Source: an uncultured delta proteobacterium
GTDB taxonomy: Bacteria; Desulfobacterota; Desulfobacteria; Desulfobacterales; B30-G6
Direction of reading: 5' to 3'
NCBI GenBank assembly: GCA_963823335.1
Contig: CAWGLD010000001.1
Span: 256,001-320,000 of the forward strand
Length of the DNA stretch: 64,000 nt
Shown: piece by piece, positions 19,069 to 28,382 of the stretch
Layout: the number at the start of each line of letters is the position of its first letter
How positions within the stretch are numbered: the first letter of the stretch is position 1
Program-made: the position numbers and the translations under genes
Notes under the pieces: model-generated
The model's database searches: none
Told to the model about the DNA's origin: nothing
Seen by the model: only the letters and a program-made list of their open reading frames with translations

Positions 19069-19296
19069 CCGTTATCGGATATAGCGTCCACAATAGCACA
19101 GAAACCTGATGGCACAGACGTCGTATCGACAACTTGCGGTTTTTTAAGCCGTGCTTATGGTGTGAGCAATTGGATATATTGATGATAGCCTGACACCCGA
19201 CAAAGACCAAGTCTGTTGTACGTTCGACCTAACAGACTTTTCCGTAAGGTTCAGGGTGCAAAACCAGATTAAATATTAGAGGTACAGGAGGCGGAC

Positions 19297-20127
19297 ATGT
19301 GGGAATACACGGACAAGGTAAAAGAACATTTCATCAACCCTCGAAATGTCGGTTTCATCGATAACCCTGATGGCCTTGGTGAAGTCGGTTCACTTGCCTG
19401 CGGAGATGCCCTGAAACTGACCTTCAAACTAGGGCACGATAAAAAAATCAGTGACGCAAAATTTCAAACATTTGGCTGTGCCAGCGCCATCGCCTCATCT
19501 TCCGCTCTTACGGAAATGATTAAAGGGTTGACCCTGGAGGAAGCTGCAGACATCACCAATGACGACATCGCCCATTATCTGGGGGGACTTCCCAAGGAAA
19601 AAATGCATTGTTCCGTTATGGGCCGTGATGCCCTGGAAAAAGCCATCGCCTATTACGAGGGTGCGTCGATTGAAAAAAAAGAAGGTGAAATCGTTTGTGA
19701 ATGCTTTGGAATCACCGACATCGAAATCAGAAGGGCTGTCCAGGAAAACGGTCTCAAAACGGTTGAAGACGTAACAGACTACGTAAAAGCCGGTGGTGGG
19801 TGCGGCAACTGCCACGACCGGATCGGAGAAATCATATCCGAGGTTCGGGGAAAACCTGTTCTGGTTAAGCCCGTACCCAGAGCTTTGACCAATGTTCAGA
19901 AAATCAAAATGATTGAAGAAACCCTGGACAGGGAAATCAAACCAGCCTTGAAAAAAGATGGTGGTGATATCGAACTTGTCGATTTTGATCACAATACTGT
20001 TTTTGTGAGATTACGCGGCACCTGTTCCACATGTGCTGCATCACAGGTCACCCTGAAAAGCTATGTTGAAACCAAGCTCAAAGAGCTGGTATCTCCTGAT
20101 TTGGTGGTAAGTGAGGTGCTGCAATGA
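19297..20127 (+). CDS. nifU: Fe-S cluster assembly scaffold NifU
   Basis: MWEYTDKV, CGD, GCASA, KMHCS, BFD-like CECF...GCGNC, C-terminal NfuA-type CSTC. Confidence 0.95.
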   Translation: MWEYTDKVKEHFINPRNVGFIDNPDGLGEVGSLACGDALKLTFKLGHDKKISDAKFQTFGCASAIASSSALTEMIKGLTLEEAADITNDDIAHYLGGLPKEKMHCSVMGRDALEKAIAYYEGASIEKKEGEIVCECFGITDIEIRRAVQENGLKTVEDVTDYVKAGGGCGNCHDRIGEIISEVRGKPVLVKPVPRALTNVQKIKMIEETLDREIKPALKKDGGDIELVDFDHNTVFVRLRGTCSTCAASQVTLKSYVETKLKELVSPDLVVSEVLQ

Positions 20128-21326
20128 ATATCATTTACGTAGACAACAATGCCACCACCAAGGTTGATCCAGCGGTTGTGGAAGCCATGATGCCTTTTTA
20201 CACCGAATATTATGGGAACCCTTCCAGTATGCATGCCTTTGGCGGAAACGTGGCCAGATCGGTCAGCAAAGCCCGGGAACAGGTGGCCTCCCTCATCAAT
20301 GCCACCCCCGAGGAAATAATTTTCACCAGTTGTGGCACCGAAAGTGATTCCACGGCCATCTGGGCCACGATTTCATCCATCCCGGACAAAAAGCACATCA
20401 TCACGTCACGGGTCGAACACCCTGCTGTTAAAAATCTGTATGAACACCTGGCCAAAAAAGGCTATAAAGTCACATTTGTACCGGTTGATCGCCAGGGCAT
20501 TCTGGATCTTGATTTTCTGTACGATCACCTCACGGAAGACACAGCGCTGGTCAGTATCATGTGGGCCAACAATGAAACCGGTGTGATATTTCCCATCGAT
20601 GAGATAGCACGGGCAGCCAAGGACAGGGGTATCGTTCTGCACACCGACGCAGTCCAGGCCGTGGGCAAGGTTCCCGTGGATGTTCAAAAAACCAGTGTCG
20701 ACCTGCTGTCGCTTTCCGGGCACAAAATCCACGCACCCAAAGGAGTGGGCGCACTCTATGTGAGAAAAGGAACCAGGTTTACCCCCTTCCTCATCGGCGG
20801 TCATCAGGAAAAAGGACGCCGCGGCGGCACTGAAAATGTCGCCACCATCGTCGGCCTCGGGAAAGCCAGTATGCTGGCCAAAGATCTTCCGAAAAATACA
20901 ATGATGGAAGTCGGACGTCTGAGGGACAGGCTCGAACAGGGTCTGGTCAGCCGCGTTCAAAATGCCATGGTCAACGGTGACACAACATCACGACTTCCGA
21001 ATACCACCAATATCAGTTTCGAATATATCGAAGGGGAGTCCATCCTCCTGATGATGAACGAACTGAACATCTGTGCATCCTCTGGATCCGCGTGTACGTC
21101 GGGATCTCTGGAGCCGTCTCATGTTCTGAGGGCCATGGGTATCCCTTTTACGGCCGCTCACGGTTCCATACGTTTCAGTCTGAGCCATTACAACACCGAG
21201 GAAGAGATGGATTTTATCATCGAAAAAATGCCGCCCATCATCGACCGGCTGCGGCAGATGTCTCCTTTCTGGAACCAGGGGAAACCTGCCGAAACCATGC
21301 TGACCGGAGCGGAATGCCCATTGTAA
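20124..21326 (+). CDS. nifS: cysteine desulfurase NifS
   Basis: DNNATT, SGHKIHAPKG, SSGSACTSGSLEPSHVL. Confidence 0.95.
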   Translation: MNIIYVDNNATTKVDPAVVEAMMPFYTEYYGNPSSMHAFGGNVARSVSKAREQVASLINATPEEIIFTSCGTESDSTAIWATISSIPDKKHIITSRVEHPAVKNLYEHLAKKGYKVTFVPVDRQGILDLDFLYDHLTEDTALVSIMWANNETGVIFPIDEIARAAKDRGIVLHTDAVQAVGKVPVDVQKTSVDLLSLSGHKIHAPKGVGALYVRKGTRFTPFLIGGHQEKGRRGGTENVATIVGLGKASMLAKDLPKNTMMEVGRLRDRLEQGLVSRVQNAMVNGDTTSRLPNTTNISFEYIEGESILLMMNELNICASSGSACTSGSLEPSHVLRAMGIPFTAAHGSIRFSLSHYNTEEEMDFIIEKMPPIIDRLRQMSPFWNQGKPAETMLTGAECPL

Positions 21327-21338
21327 GGAAGCATCCCC

Positions 21339-22310
21339 ATGTCGACGGAAAAACATGCCACAAGTCATGCCGGTTGTAAGATCGATGCCCAGTCATTATC
21401 GTATTACCGTGGCAGACTGCCGGAGGTTGCTGAGAAAATCATCGCCAAATGCGGGGACGATGAATGCTACAACCATATCAACTATGAGCCCATTCCGTCA
21501 AAAACGTCCGTTGTCGATATCATTCACCGATTGCGGGAAATCCTGTTTCCGGGTTACTTTACCAGAGAAAAATTAGACCCGGTAAACCTGACCTACAGCA
21601 TGGGCCAGACCGTTTCTATTCTTTTCGATCAGCTTTCAGAACAGATCTGCCACAGCATCCGGCATGACTGCTTCCGTTATGACCAGGAATGCAGCGAATG
21701 TGCTGAAAAAGGTAATGAAGTCTCCCTGGCGTTTCTGGAATCAATCCCGGAATTGCGGGAAATTCTCTCTACAGATGTTGCCGCAGCTTATGCGGGCGAT
21801 CCTGCGGCCAAAAGTTTCGATGAAATAATCTTCAGTTATCCGGGTGTATTTGCCCTGATGGTTTACAGAGTCGCGCACAAACTCCATACAATGGCTGTAC
21901 CGCTGCTGCCCCGTATTATGACCGAATATGCGCACAGTATTACCGGAATCGACATCCATCCGGGTGCCGAAATCGGCCGGGGTTTTGTCATCGACCATGG
22001 GACAGGTGTGGTCATCGGTGAAACCAGTATCATCGGCAACAATGTCCGGATCTACCAGGGGGTCACTCTGGGGGCCTTGTCCCTGCCCATGGATGCCGGG
22101 GATCGGCTGCGCGGAATCAAGCGTCACCCCACCATTGAAAACGATGTTATCATTTATTCCGGGGCGACCATTCTTGGTGGAGAAACCGTTATCGGAGCAA
22201 GATCGGTAATCGGCGGAAATGTATGGCTGACCGATTCTGTTCCCCCAGACACCAAGGTGATCATGAAAAAGCCTGAGTTGATCTACATGCCCTCCAATAA
22301 CGTGGAATAG
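21339..22310 (+). CDS. cysE: serine O-acetyltransferase
   Basis: [31 protein letters not shown]. Confidence 0.92.
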   Translation: MSTEKHATSHAGCKIDAQSLSYYRGRLPEVAEKIIAKCGDDECYNHINYEPIPSKTSVVDIIHRLREILFPGYFTREKLDPVNLTYSMGQTVSILFDQLSEQICHSIRHDCFRYDQECSECAEKGNEVSLAFLESIPELREILSTDVAAAYAGDPAAKSFDEIIFSYPGVFALMVYRVAHKLHTMAVPLLPRIMTEYAHSITGIDIHPGAEIGRGFVIDHGTGVVIGETSIIGNNVRIYQGVTLGALSLPMDAGDRLRGIKRHPTIENDVIIYSGATILGGETVIGARSVIGGNVWLTDSVPPDTKVIMKKPELIYMPSNNVE

Positions 22311-22375
22311 TCACCCGCCGCTGCCAACATATAATACCAACTGCCGCCAAGCACCCATCACCAAAGGAGGCCAGC

Positions 22376-23296
22376 ATGAACATATTTCCTGGAATTCAAA
22401 ACACCATCGGCGCAACCCCCATGGTTCGGATAAGAAACATGACCGGCAAGTTTGACTGTGATATTCTTGCCAAACTCGAGTTTTTCAACCCGCTGGGGAG
22501 CGTCAAAGACAGGATTGCCGCAGCCATGATCGACACGGCTGAACGTGAAGGGCTCATTGGGTCCGAAACCCTTATCGTTGAACCCACCAGTGGGAATACC
22601 GGCATCGCTCTGGCATTTATCTGTGCGGCAAAAGGCTATCGGATCTGCCTTACCATGCCGGAAACCATGAGTCTTGAACGCAGGAAACTCTTGAAGCACC
22701 TGGGGGCTGAACTCGTTCTGACGCCAGGCCCCGCTGGGATGAAAGGGGCCATTCAAAAAGCCACCGAGATACTGTCCCAGACCAAAAATGCCTTCATGCC
22801 GAACCAGTTCAAGAATCCAGCCAATCCGGCAATACACAAAGAAACCACCGCCAAGGAAATATGGGACGATACAGCAGGAAGTGTGGATATTTTCGTTTCC
22901 GGCGTTGGAACCGGTGGCACCATCACCGGTGTTGCCGAAATGATCAAGCAGAAGAAACCCTCGTTCAAGGCCGTTGCGGTTGAGCCTGCTGATTCACCGA
23001 TTCTTTCCGGTGGGAAACCCGGGCCCCACAAGATACAAGGCATCGGGGCCGGATTCATCCCCGATGTTCTAAACACCTCTATTATCGACGAAATCATCAC
23101 CGTCACCAATGACGAAGCCTTTGAAACAGCCCGGAAACTTGCCAGGAAGGAAGGCATCCTGTGTGGGATATCGTCCGGAGCCGCCATGGCGGCAGCACTG
23201 AAACTGGCGCAAAGAAAAGAAACCAAAGGCAAACGGATCGTCGTGCTGCTGCCTAGTACGGGGGAGCGTTATATCAGTACCGCTCTTTTTCAGTAG
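22376..23296 (+). CDS. cysK: cysteine synthase A
   Basis: [31 protein letters not shown]. Confidence 0.95.
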   Translation: MNIFPGIQNTIGATPMVRIRNMTGKFDCDILAKLEFFNPLGSVKDRIAAAMIDTAEREGLIGSETLIVEPTSGNTGIALAFICAAKGYRICLTMPETMSLERRKLLKHLGAELVLTPGPAGMKGAIQKATEILSQTKNAFMPNQFKNPANPAIHKETTAKEIWDDTAGSVDIFVSGVGTGGTITGVAEMIKQKKPSFKAVAVEPADSPILSGGKPGPHKIQGIGAGFIPDVLNTSIIDEIITVTNDEAFETARKLARKEGILCGISSGAAMAAALKLAQRKETKGKRIVVLLPSTGERYISTALFQ

Positions 23297-23439
23297 AAGC
23301 TATCTCAAAAAAGTTTTTTGACCCAATTTCTGTGTTGGGCCCTTGCTTCAACTCCTCGGAATACTTCAGCATGCCTGCGGGTTGAAGTTCGGACCCGCCT
23401 TGAACTTGAGCCAAAACCCTTTTTTTGAGATGGCTTCTA
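23294..23439. mobile_element. MITE-like element family A, copy 2 (146 bp)
   Basis: TAGAAGCTATCTCAAAAAA ... TTTTTTGAGATGGCTTCTA; starts on the cysK TAG. Confidence 0.8.
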
Positions 23440-23590
23440 AATATAATCGTGTAACATTTTTATTGAGACAGGAGTGTATCATAAAGCCTGAGGATACACA
23501 TGATACGGGCAGGGAAATGCAATCATATTTCTTGGCCCTTTAGAATTCGCGCAAAACTCTCTTTGGTATGCGTAAACATCGCCACAATAC

Positions 23591-23761
23591 TAGAAGCCAT
23601 CTCAAAAATAGGAGTTTGGTTTCCCGCAAAAAGAGCGGGATCTTCATCAAAGTCAAGGCGGAATCAAGATTTAACCCACAGGAATACTGATGTATTTTGT
23701 GGAGTTGAAACGGGAGCCCAACGCAGGATTTGGGCAAAAGATATTTATGGGATAGCTTCTA
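23591..23761. mobile_element. MITE-like element family A, copy 3 (171 bp)
   Basis: TAGAAGCCATCTC ... GGGATAGCTTCTA; shared core TCAAGGCGG...AACCC.CAG...TTGAAACG. Confidence 0.75.
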
Positions 23762-23860
23762 CAAGGTTCGTTGTTCCCCGAACTCCTTGGGCGATGTTAT
23801 CACCCAGTCCACCGATTCAGTTGATGGTTTTACCAAAAAAAACGCCTGAAAGTCATTCTC

Positions 23861-23876
23861 TGGCACGTATCTTGAT
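23861..23876 (+). promoter_or_regulatory. possible sigma54 promoter for the desulfoferrodoxin/ferritin cluster
   Basis: TGGCAC-GTATC-TTGAT; perfect -24, -12 has GA instead of GC. Confidence 0.45.
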
Positions 23877-24032
23877 AGATTAACCCAATGACACCCGTTC
23901 AGACAGGCGTGGTTGGTCGGCAATTATTATTTTTCCAGAAATGCTGGTATGAGAACGTAAATAGACAGACGCTGTGAAACCTCACAGCTCATTTGGAATA
24001 ACACCCAACTTTCAGCCGGAGTCATAGGATTC

Positions 24033-24248
24033 GTGAAACCTTGTGACAACAACTTAAAAAAGACCATTCATCTCACCGATGAAATGATTAAACTGGCAAA
24101 CACAGGTGATGCCGAAAGAGAAGACACCGGCTGCGGAATTCTCTATGGTATCATGCGTGACGCGGCCTACAAGATTCAAAAACTGGCCGAAACCGAGCGT
24201 GAAAAACATATTAAAAAAGGATGGTGGCACCAGGATCGTGAACCATAA
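24033..24248 (+). CDS. hypothetical protein (71 aa)
   Basis: Helical ORF with [15 protein letters not shown]; first gene of the cluster. Confidence 0.7.
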   Translation: MKPCDNNLKKTIHLTDEMIKLANTGDAEREDTGCGILYGIMRDAAYKIQKLAETEREKHIKKGWWHQDREP

Positions 24249-24277
24249 CACCAAGACAACTAAAAGGAGAAATTAAA

Positions 24278-24652
24278 ATGGCAGAAAGAGCTGAAGTCTA
24301 CAAGTGTGATCTTTGTGGTAACATTGTACAGGTAATGCATGGTGGTGCAGGTGAATTGGTCTGCTGCGGACAAGCCATGGTCTGTCTCAAAGCAAACACG
24401 GTTGATGCAGCAAAGGAAAAGCATGTACCGGTGGTCGAAAAAGTTGATGGGGGTGTAAAGGTGAAAGTCGGTGACGTTCCCCATCCCATGGAAGCGAAAC
24501 ATTATATTGAATGGATCGAAGTAATTGCAAACGGCAAATCCTATGTTCAGTTTCTGAACGATGGTGACAAGCCCGAAGCTGTTTTCAACCTGGACGCAAC
24601 TGCAGTGGCAGCACGTGCTTACTGCAACCTGCACGGACTTTGGAAAGGATAA
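24278..24652 (+). CDS. dfx: desulfoferrodoxin (superoxide reductase)
   Basis: [33 protein letters not shown]. Confidence 0.95.
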   Translation: MAERAEVYKCDLCGNIVQVMHGGAGELVCCGQAMVCLKANTVDAAKEKHVPVVEKVDGGVKVKVGDVPHPMEAKHYIEWIEVIANGKSYVQFLNDGDKPEAVFNLDATAVAARAYCNLHGLWKG

Positions 24653-24658
24653 TGAAAC

Positions 24659-25174
24659 ATGTTGACAGAGAAAGTTCAAGATGCTCTTAATAATCAATTT
24701 AATGCTGAGCTATATTCTTCCTACCTCTATCTTTCCATGCATGCCTATTTCAAATCCCTCAACCTGGACGGATTTGCAAACTGGATGTATCAGCAGGCAA
24801 AAGAAGAACTCATACATGCAATGAAATTTTATAATTTCGTCAACCAGAGAGGTGGCAGGGCAAAAACAGCCTCCATTGCCGAGCCCCCTTCTGGGTGGGA
24901 TTCGCCGCTGAACGTATTCGAGGAAACCCTTTCGCATGAGCAAAAGGTTACCGCCCTGATTAACGATCTGGTTGAAATTGCAAACGAAGCACATGACCAC
25001 GCGACCCAGATTTTTTTGCAGTGGTTCGTGACGGAACAGGTGGAAGAAGAAGAAAATGCCGGTGGCGTTCTTGAACAGTTGAAGCTCATGCAGGGTCATG
25101 CCGGCGGGATTTTTTTGATTGACCGCGAACTGGCAAAACGAATCAGCCCCACAGGATTGACTGAACTGGAGTGA
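24659..25174 (+). CDS. ftnA: ferritin
   Basis: ELYSSYLYLSM, EELIHAMK, FLQWFVTEQVEEE. Confidence 0.93.
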   Translation: MLTEKVQDALNNQFNAELYSSYLYLSMHAYFKSLNLDGFANWMYQQAKEELIHAMKFYNFVNQRGGRAKTASIAEPPSGWDSPLNVFEETLSHEQKVTALINDLVEIANEAHDHATQIFLQWFVTEQVEEEENAGGVLEQLKLMQGHAGGIFLIDRELAKRISPTGLTELE

Positions 25175-25187
25175 CACTTGCAGTAAT

Positions 25188-25232
25188 AAGCTGTTAGCTG
25201 TAAGCGCCAAGATCGCTTATAGCTAATAGCTG
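25188..25232. repeat. heptamer-based palindromic repeat family E
   Basis: AGCTGTTAGCTGTAAGCG-CCAAGAT-CGCTTATAGCTAATAGCT. Confidence 0.6.
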
Positions 25233-25260
25233 AGGACTGATAAAAAAGGAGGAGATCCAT

Positions 25261-25416
25261 ATGACTAGTTGGAAATGTTCAAAATGTGGATACACGTTCG
25301 AATCCGACACTCACCCGAATGAATGCCCGTCATGCAGAGAAAAATGTGAGTTTCTGGACAACACGTGTTATACGCCCGATTGCCAGTACGATGGAACAGA
25401 CAAACGGATCGGATAA
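25261..25416 (+). CDS. small rubredoxin-like protein (51 aa)
   Basis: Not in the ORF track. AGGAGG RBS; MTSWKCSKCGY...ECPSCREKCEFLDNTCYTPDC. Confidence 0.85.
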   Translation: MTSWKCSKCGYTFESDTHPNECPSCREKCEFLDNTCYTPDCQYDGTDKRIG

Positions 25417-25420
25417 CCGG

Positions 25421-25470
25421 AGGGTTCAAGGGGCCTAGGGTGATACAAGGGTTCGAGGGTGGCTGACAGC
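25421..25470 (+). repeat. G-rich intergenic repeat family D
   Basis: AGGGTTCAAGGGGCCTAGGGTGATACAAGGGTTCGAGGGTGGCTGACAGC, near-identical to 46631-46680. Confidence 0.8.
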
Positions 25471-25535
25471 CGTGAGCGGATAGCGGAATTCCAGCTTCCG
25501 AGCATCCTAGCGTTCCAGCATAACATTACTAAATA

Positions 25536-25569
25536 AGCGGCTTTGCCGCGTTTGATAAAATTGTGAAAC
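25536..25569 (+). repeat. short hairpin repeat family F
   Basis: AGCGGC-TTT-GCCGCGTTTGATAAAATTGTGAAAC. Confidence 0.65.
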
Positions 25570-25590
25570 AATTTTCTTTGGAGAACTGAA

Positions 25591-26022
25591 ATGGGAAAAG
25601 TACTCGTGGTTTTTGCCACACGAACCGGAGAAACTGGACAGATCGCAAACCTCATTGCCGAGGGAATCCGTATGGAGGGCAGTGAGGCCATTGTAAAAGA
25701 CGTCAAAGAAGTTAAAACCGAAGTGGATCTCCAGGGGTATGACGGATATGTTTTCGGGTCCGCAACCTACCACGGTGACATGATGCAGGGGATGAAAACC
25801 ATGCTCTTCCTTGCAGAAAAGGCAGGACTTGATAACAAGGTCGGTGGCTCCTTCGGTGCATTCGGCTGGAGCGGTGAAGCACCGGAAAGGATTTTTGGAA
25901 CCATGGAAAACGTCTTTCATATGGATATGGTTTCAGGACCCATGCGCTTGAAAAACAGCACCCTGGGGGGTGGCGTTCAGATGGCACAGGATTATGGAAA
26001 GCAGATAGCTTCCAAATTATAA
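25591..26022 (+). CDS. flavodoxin-domain protein
   Basis: TRTGET FMN loop, GSATY, FGAFGWSGEA. Confidence 0.88.
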   Translation: MGKVLVVFATRTGETGQIANLIAEGIRMEGSEAIVKDVKEVKTEVDLQGYDGYVFGSATYHGDMMQGMKTMLFLAEKAGLDNKVGGSFGAFGWSGEAPERIFGTMENVFHMDMVSGPMRLKNSTLGGGVQMAQDYGKQIASKL

Positions 26023-26097
26023 AATACAACCCATAAGCAACTTCAACCGACGGGTACAGCGGAAGAAGAAGCGACAAACCAGAACCAGGAGGTGACC

Positions 26098-26283
26098 ATG
26101 TCCACACCACAGCATTGTCCGGGCTATGAACAGTTCAAGAGCCTGAAATCGTTTGAGTGCAAATGCCCGTCCTGCGGAAAAACCAAAGAAATTTTTTCGG
26201 ATGAATTCGATAAAACCCATCGCTGTCAGGGCTGCGGCAAGGAGATTGATTTCAACCAATGTACCCTGTCAGGCGGCAATTAG
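26098..26283 (+). CDS. small Cys-rich hypothetical protein (61 aa)
   Basis: AGGAGG RBS; HCPG, CPSCG, EIFSDE, CQGCG. Confidence 0.8.
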   Translation: MSTPQHCPGYEQFKSLKSFECKCPSCGKTKEIFSDEFDKTHRCQGCGKEIDFNQCTLSGGN

Positions 26284-26410
26284 ATCTGTCGCTGAAATTC
26301 ATCGAAAGGGACAGGCGTCTCTTTTTTGCCCTGAACCTGCAAACCGGAATCTCAACCCCGCTCTGCAATGGTGTCTTCGACAGGCAGCGGGGATCATACA
26401 GGAGTGGCTG

Positions 26411-26752
26411 ATGCTCAAAATAAAGTGGGTAATCGCTATTGTTCTCAGTGTGTTCTTTTCAACCATGGGCCTGGCTGTAGAAAACAAAGGGGCTGAAAAG
26501 TTACAGATCGATGGTGGTTCCAGGGGCGCGGTTCCTTTCACGCACCGCACCCATCAAGACAGGCTTGGAGACTGCAATGTCTGTCACGCCATGTTTCCAC
26601 AAGAATCACAATCTCTGGCCAAACTTAAGGAGAGCGGGCAACTGAAGCCCAAGGATGTCATGAACAAGCTGTGCGTCAAGTGCCACAAGGCGGAAAAAAA
26701 TGCAGGCAACAAAGCCGGCCCAACGACATGCTCTCAATGTCATATAAAATAA
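26411..26752 (+). CDS. periplasmic triheme cytochrome c (c3/c7 family)
   Basis: Signal peptide from ATG 26411; VPFTHRTH; CNVCH, CVKCH, CSQCH. Confidence 0.88.
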   Translation: MLKIKWVIAIVLSVFFSTMGLAVENKGAEKLQIDGGSRGAVPFTHRTHQDRLGDCNVCHAMFPQESQSLAKLKESGQLKPKDVMNKLCVKCHKAEKNAGNKAGPTTCSQCHIK

Positions 26753-26781
26753 TGCTTTAATTAAAACGGTGGATAGTTTCC

Positions 26782-27753
26782 ATGCTGGTGTTAGGTCTAC
26801 AGGGAAGCCCAAAAAAGAACGGCAGTTCCGACTATCTTTTAACACACTTCCTGAGGGAAGTCGAAAAGATGGGTGTCGAAGTTCAAATGCTTGATGTTAC
26901 CCGCATGAACATCCGACCCTGCATCGGTTGCGGTCATTGTGAAAAAAAGGGTTTTTGTGTCATCGATGACGACGACATGCTTGCGTCCATCTACCCACTC
27001 CTGCGAAAAGCCCAGGTGGTGGTTGCTGCGTCACCTGTATTCTTTTACAGCGTGACATCCCAGTTGAAGGCACTCATCGACAGAACACAAACTCTCTGGT
27101 CACGCAAATACCGTTTGCGGTTGTCCGACCCTCTGTCAACGACCCGTAAGGGAATTTTTCTCTCCATGGGCGGCAGTCGTGGCAAAAAGCTCTTTGACGG
27201 TATCCATCTGGTAGCGTCCTATTTTTTTGATGCCATTGACGCACATGTCAGCGGTAACCTGGCCTACCCAGGTATCGAAACCGTCGACGATTTTCAAAAA
27301 ATGCCGGATCTGAACATGGAAATTTCCGAGACCGCCCATGCATTGATGTCATCCCTGCTCGAACGCAAACGATTATTGTTCCTCGGCAAACACGACGACA
27401 TCAGGATCCAGATGGCCGGTGCCCTGACTCAGTATCACGCCGGAAACAGGTTTCATGTGCTGACATCCGGAAATGAACCTGCCCAGGCATTTCATCCAGG
27501 TGTCGTGGAGGCCATGGCAGAGACAGGAATAGACCTGGCATTTCTTCGGCCCCAACCTCCAACCAGCGCTATCCAGGAATATCGTCCGGATATCATTGTT
27601 GCCATGGACAGCGATATTGAAATTCCCGTAATTCCCAATGTCATGACATCGGTTTGGAACCTGCCTGATCCCAGGCACGCGTCTTCTGAATTAATTGTGA
27701 AACTTCGTGAGCAGATACGTGAAAACGTCACCAGAATGACAACAGACAGATAG
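26782..27753 (+). CDS. iron-sulfur flavoprotein / NADPH-FMN reductase-family domain fused to a degenerate ArsC/LMW-PTP-like domain
   Basis: GSPKKNGSS, CIGCGHC....FC, SPVFF, LKALIDR; C-terminal LLFL.....R.QMA, EAMAETGID, W.LPDP. Confidence 0.85.
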   Translation: MLVLGLQGSPKKNGSSDYLLTHFLREVEKMGVEVQMLDVTRMNIRPCIGCGHCEKKGFCVIDDDDMLASIYPLLRKAQVVVAASPVFFYSVTSQLKALIDRTQTLWSRKYRLRLSDPLSTTRKGIFLSMGGSRGKKLFDGIHLVASYFFDAIDAHVSGNLAYPGIETVDDFQKMPDLNMEISETAHALMSSLLERKRLLFLGKHDDIRIQMAGALTQYHAGNRFHVLTSGNEPAQAFHPGVVEAMAETGIDLAFLRPQPPTSAIQEYRPDIIVAMDSDIEIPVIPNVMTSVWNLPDPRHASSELIVKLREQIRENVTRMTTDR

Positions 27754-27765
27754 AAGGAGGTTAGC

Positions 27766-27972
27766 ATGGCAAACCCGGAAGAGATGTACCAGTGCCAAAC
27801 CGTCAACTGCGGGTATATCTACAATCCCGACAAGGGAGATCGAAAAGGCAAGATTCCTAAGGGAACTCAGTTTAAGGACCTTCCGGAGGACTGGAAATGT
27901 CCGGTCTGTGGCGCAGGCAAGAAAATGTTCAAACCTCTTGTGGGACCGGGGTCCGCGCTTGAAAATGCTTAG
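27766..27972 (+). CDS. rubredoxin-like protein
   Basis: CQTVNCGYIY and LPEDWKCPVCGA. Confidence 0.9.
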   Translation: MANPEEMYQCQTVNCGYIYNPDKGDRKGKIPKGTQFKDLPEDWKCPVCGAGKKMFKPLVGPGSALENA

Positions 27973-28124
27973 CACCAATATTTAGTAGGTACCCAGGTCC
28001 AAAGGACCAGGTTTTAAATGACGTAATAAAACTTAACGACCCCAACTTGATAAAAAATGACGTTTGGTCTATAAATTGGACCTGTGAGATGATGTTTTGA
28101 ACCCCAACGATAAAGGAGAAAAAA

Positions 28125-28286
28125 ATGGATAAGTATGTATGTACGCTTTGTGGTTATGTCTATGATCCTGCCGAAGGAGATCCAGACAACGGTGTCGCAG
28201 CCGGAACAAAATGGGAAGATGTGCCGGGTGATTGGGAATGTCCGGTTTGTGGTGCAAGCAAAGATGATTTTGAGAAGGAATCATAA
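28125..28286 (+). CDS. rub: rubredoxin (53 aa)
   Basis: Not in the ORF track. [54 protein letters not shown]. Confidence 0.95.
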   Translation: MDKYVCTLCGYVYDPAEGDPDNGVAAGTKWEDVPGDWECPVCGASKDDFEKES

Positions 28287-28382
28287 ATTCGCTTCAGGCG
28301 AATTTATGAAACGCGGCTCCGCCGCTCCATAACCTTTACTACCTTGTAAAACTTAGCTCATCCTTAAATAGGAAACAATACC

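Noticed and set aside
19110-19125. sigma54 promoter for nifU (TGGCAC-AGACG-TCGTA)
   Set aside because: The -12 element deviates at two positions; too weak to call.
19297-21326. Nitrogen fixation cluster
   Set aside because: No nifHDK or nifENB in the window; NifU/NifS serve as general Fe-S assembly proteins in many anaerobes.
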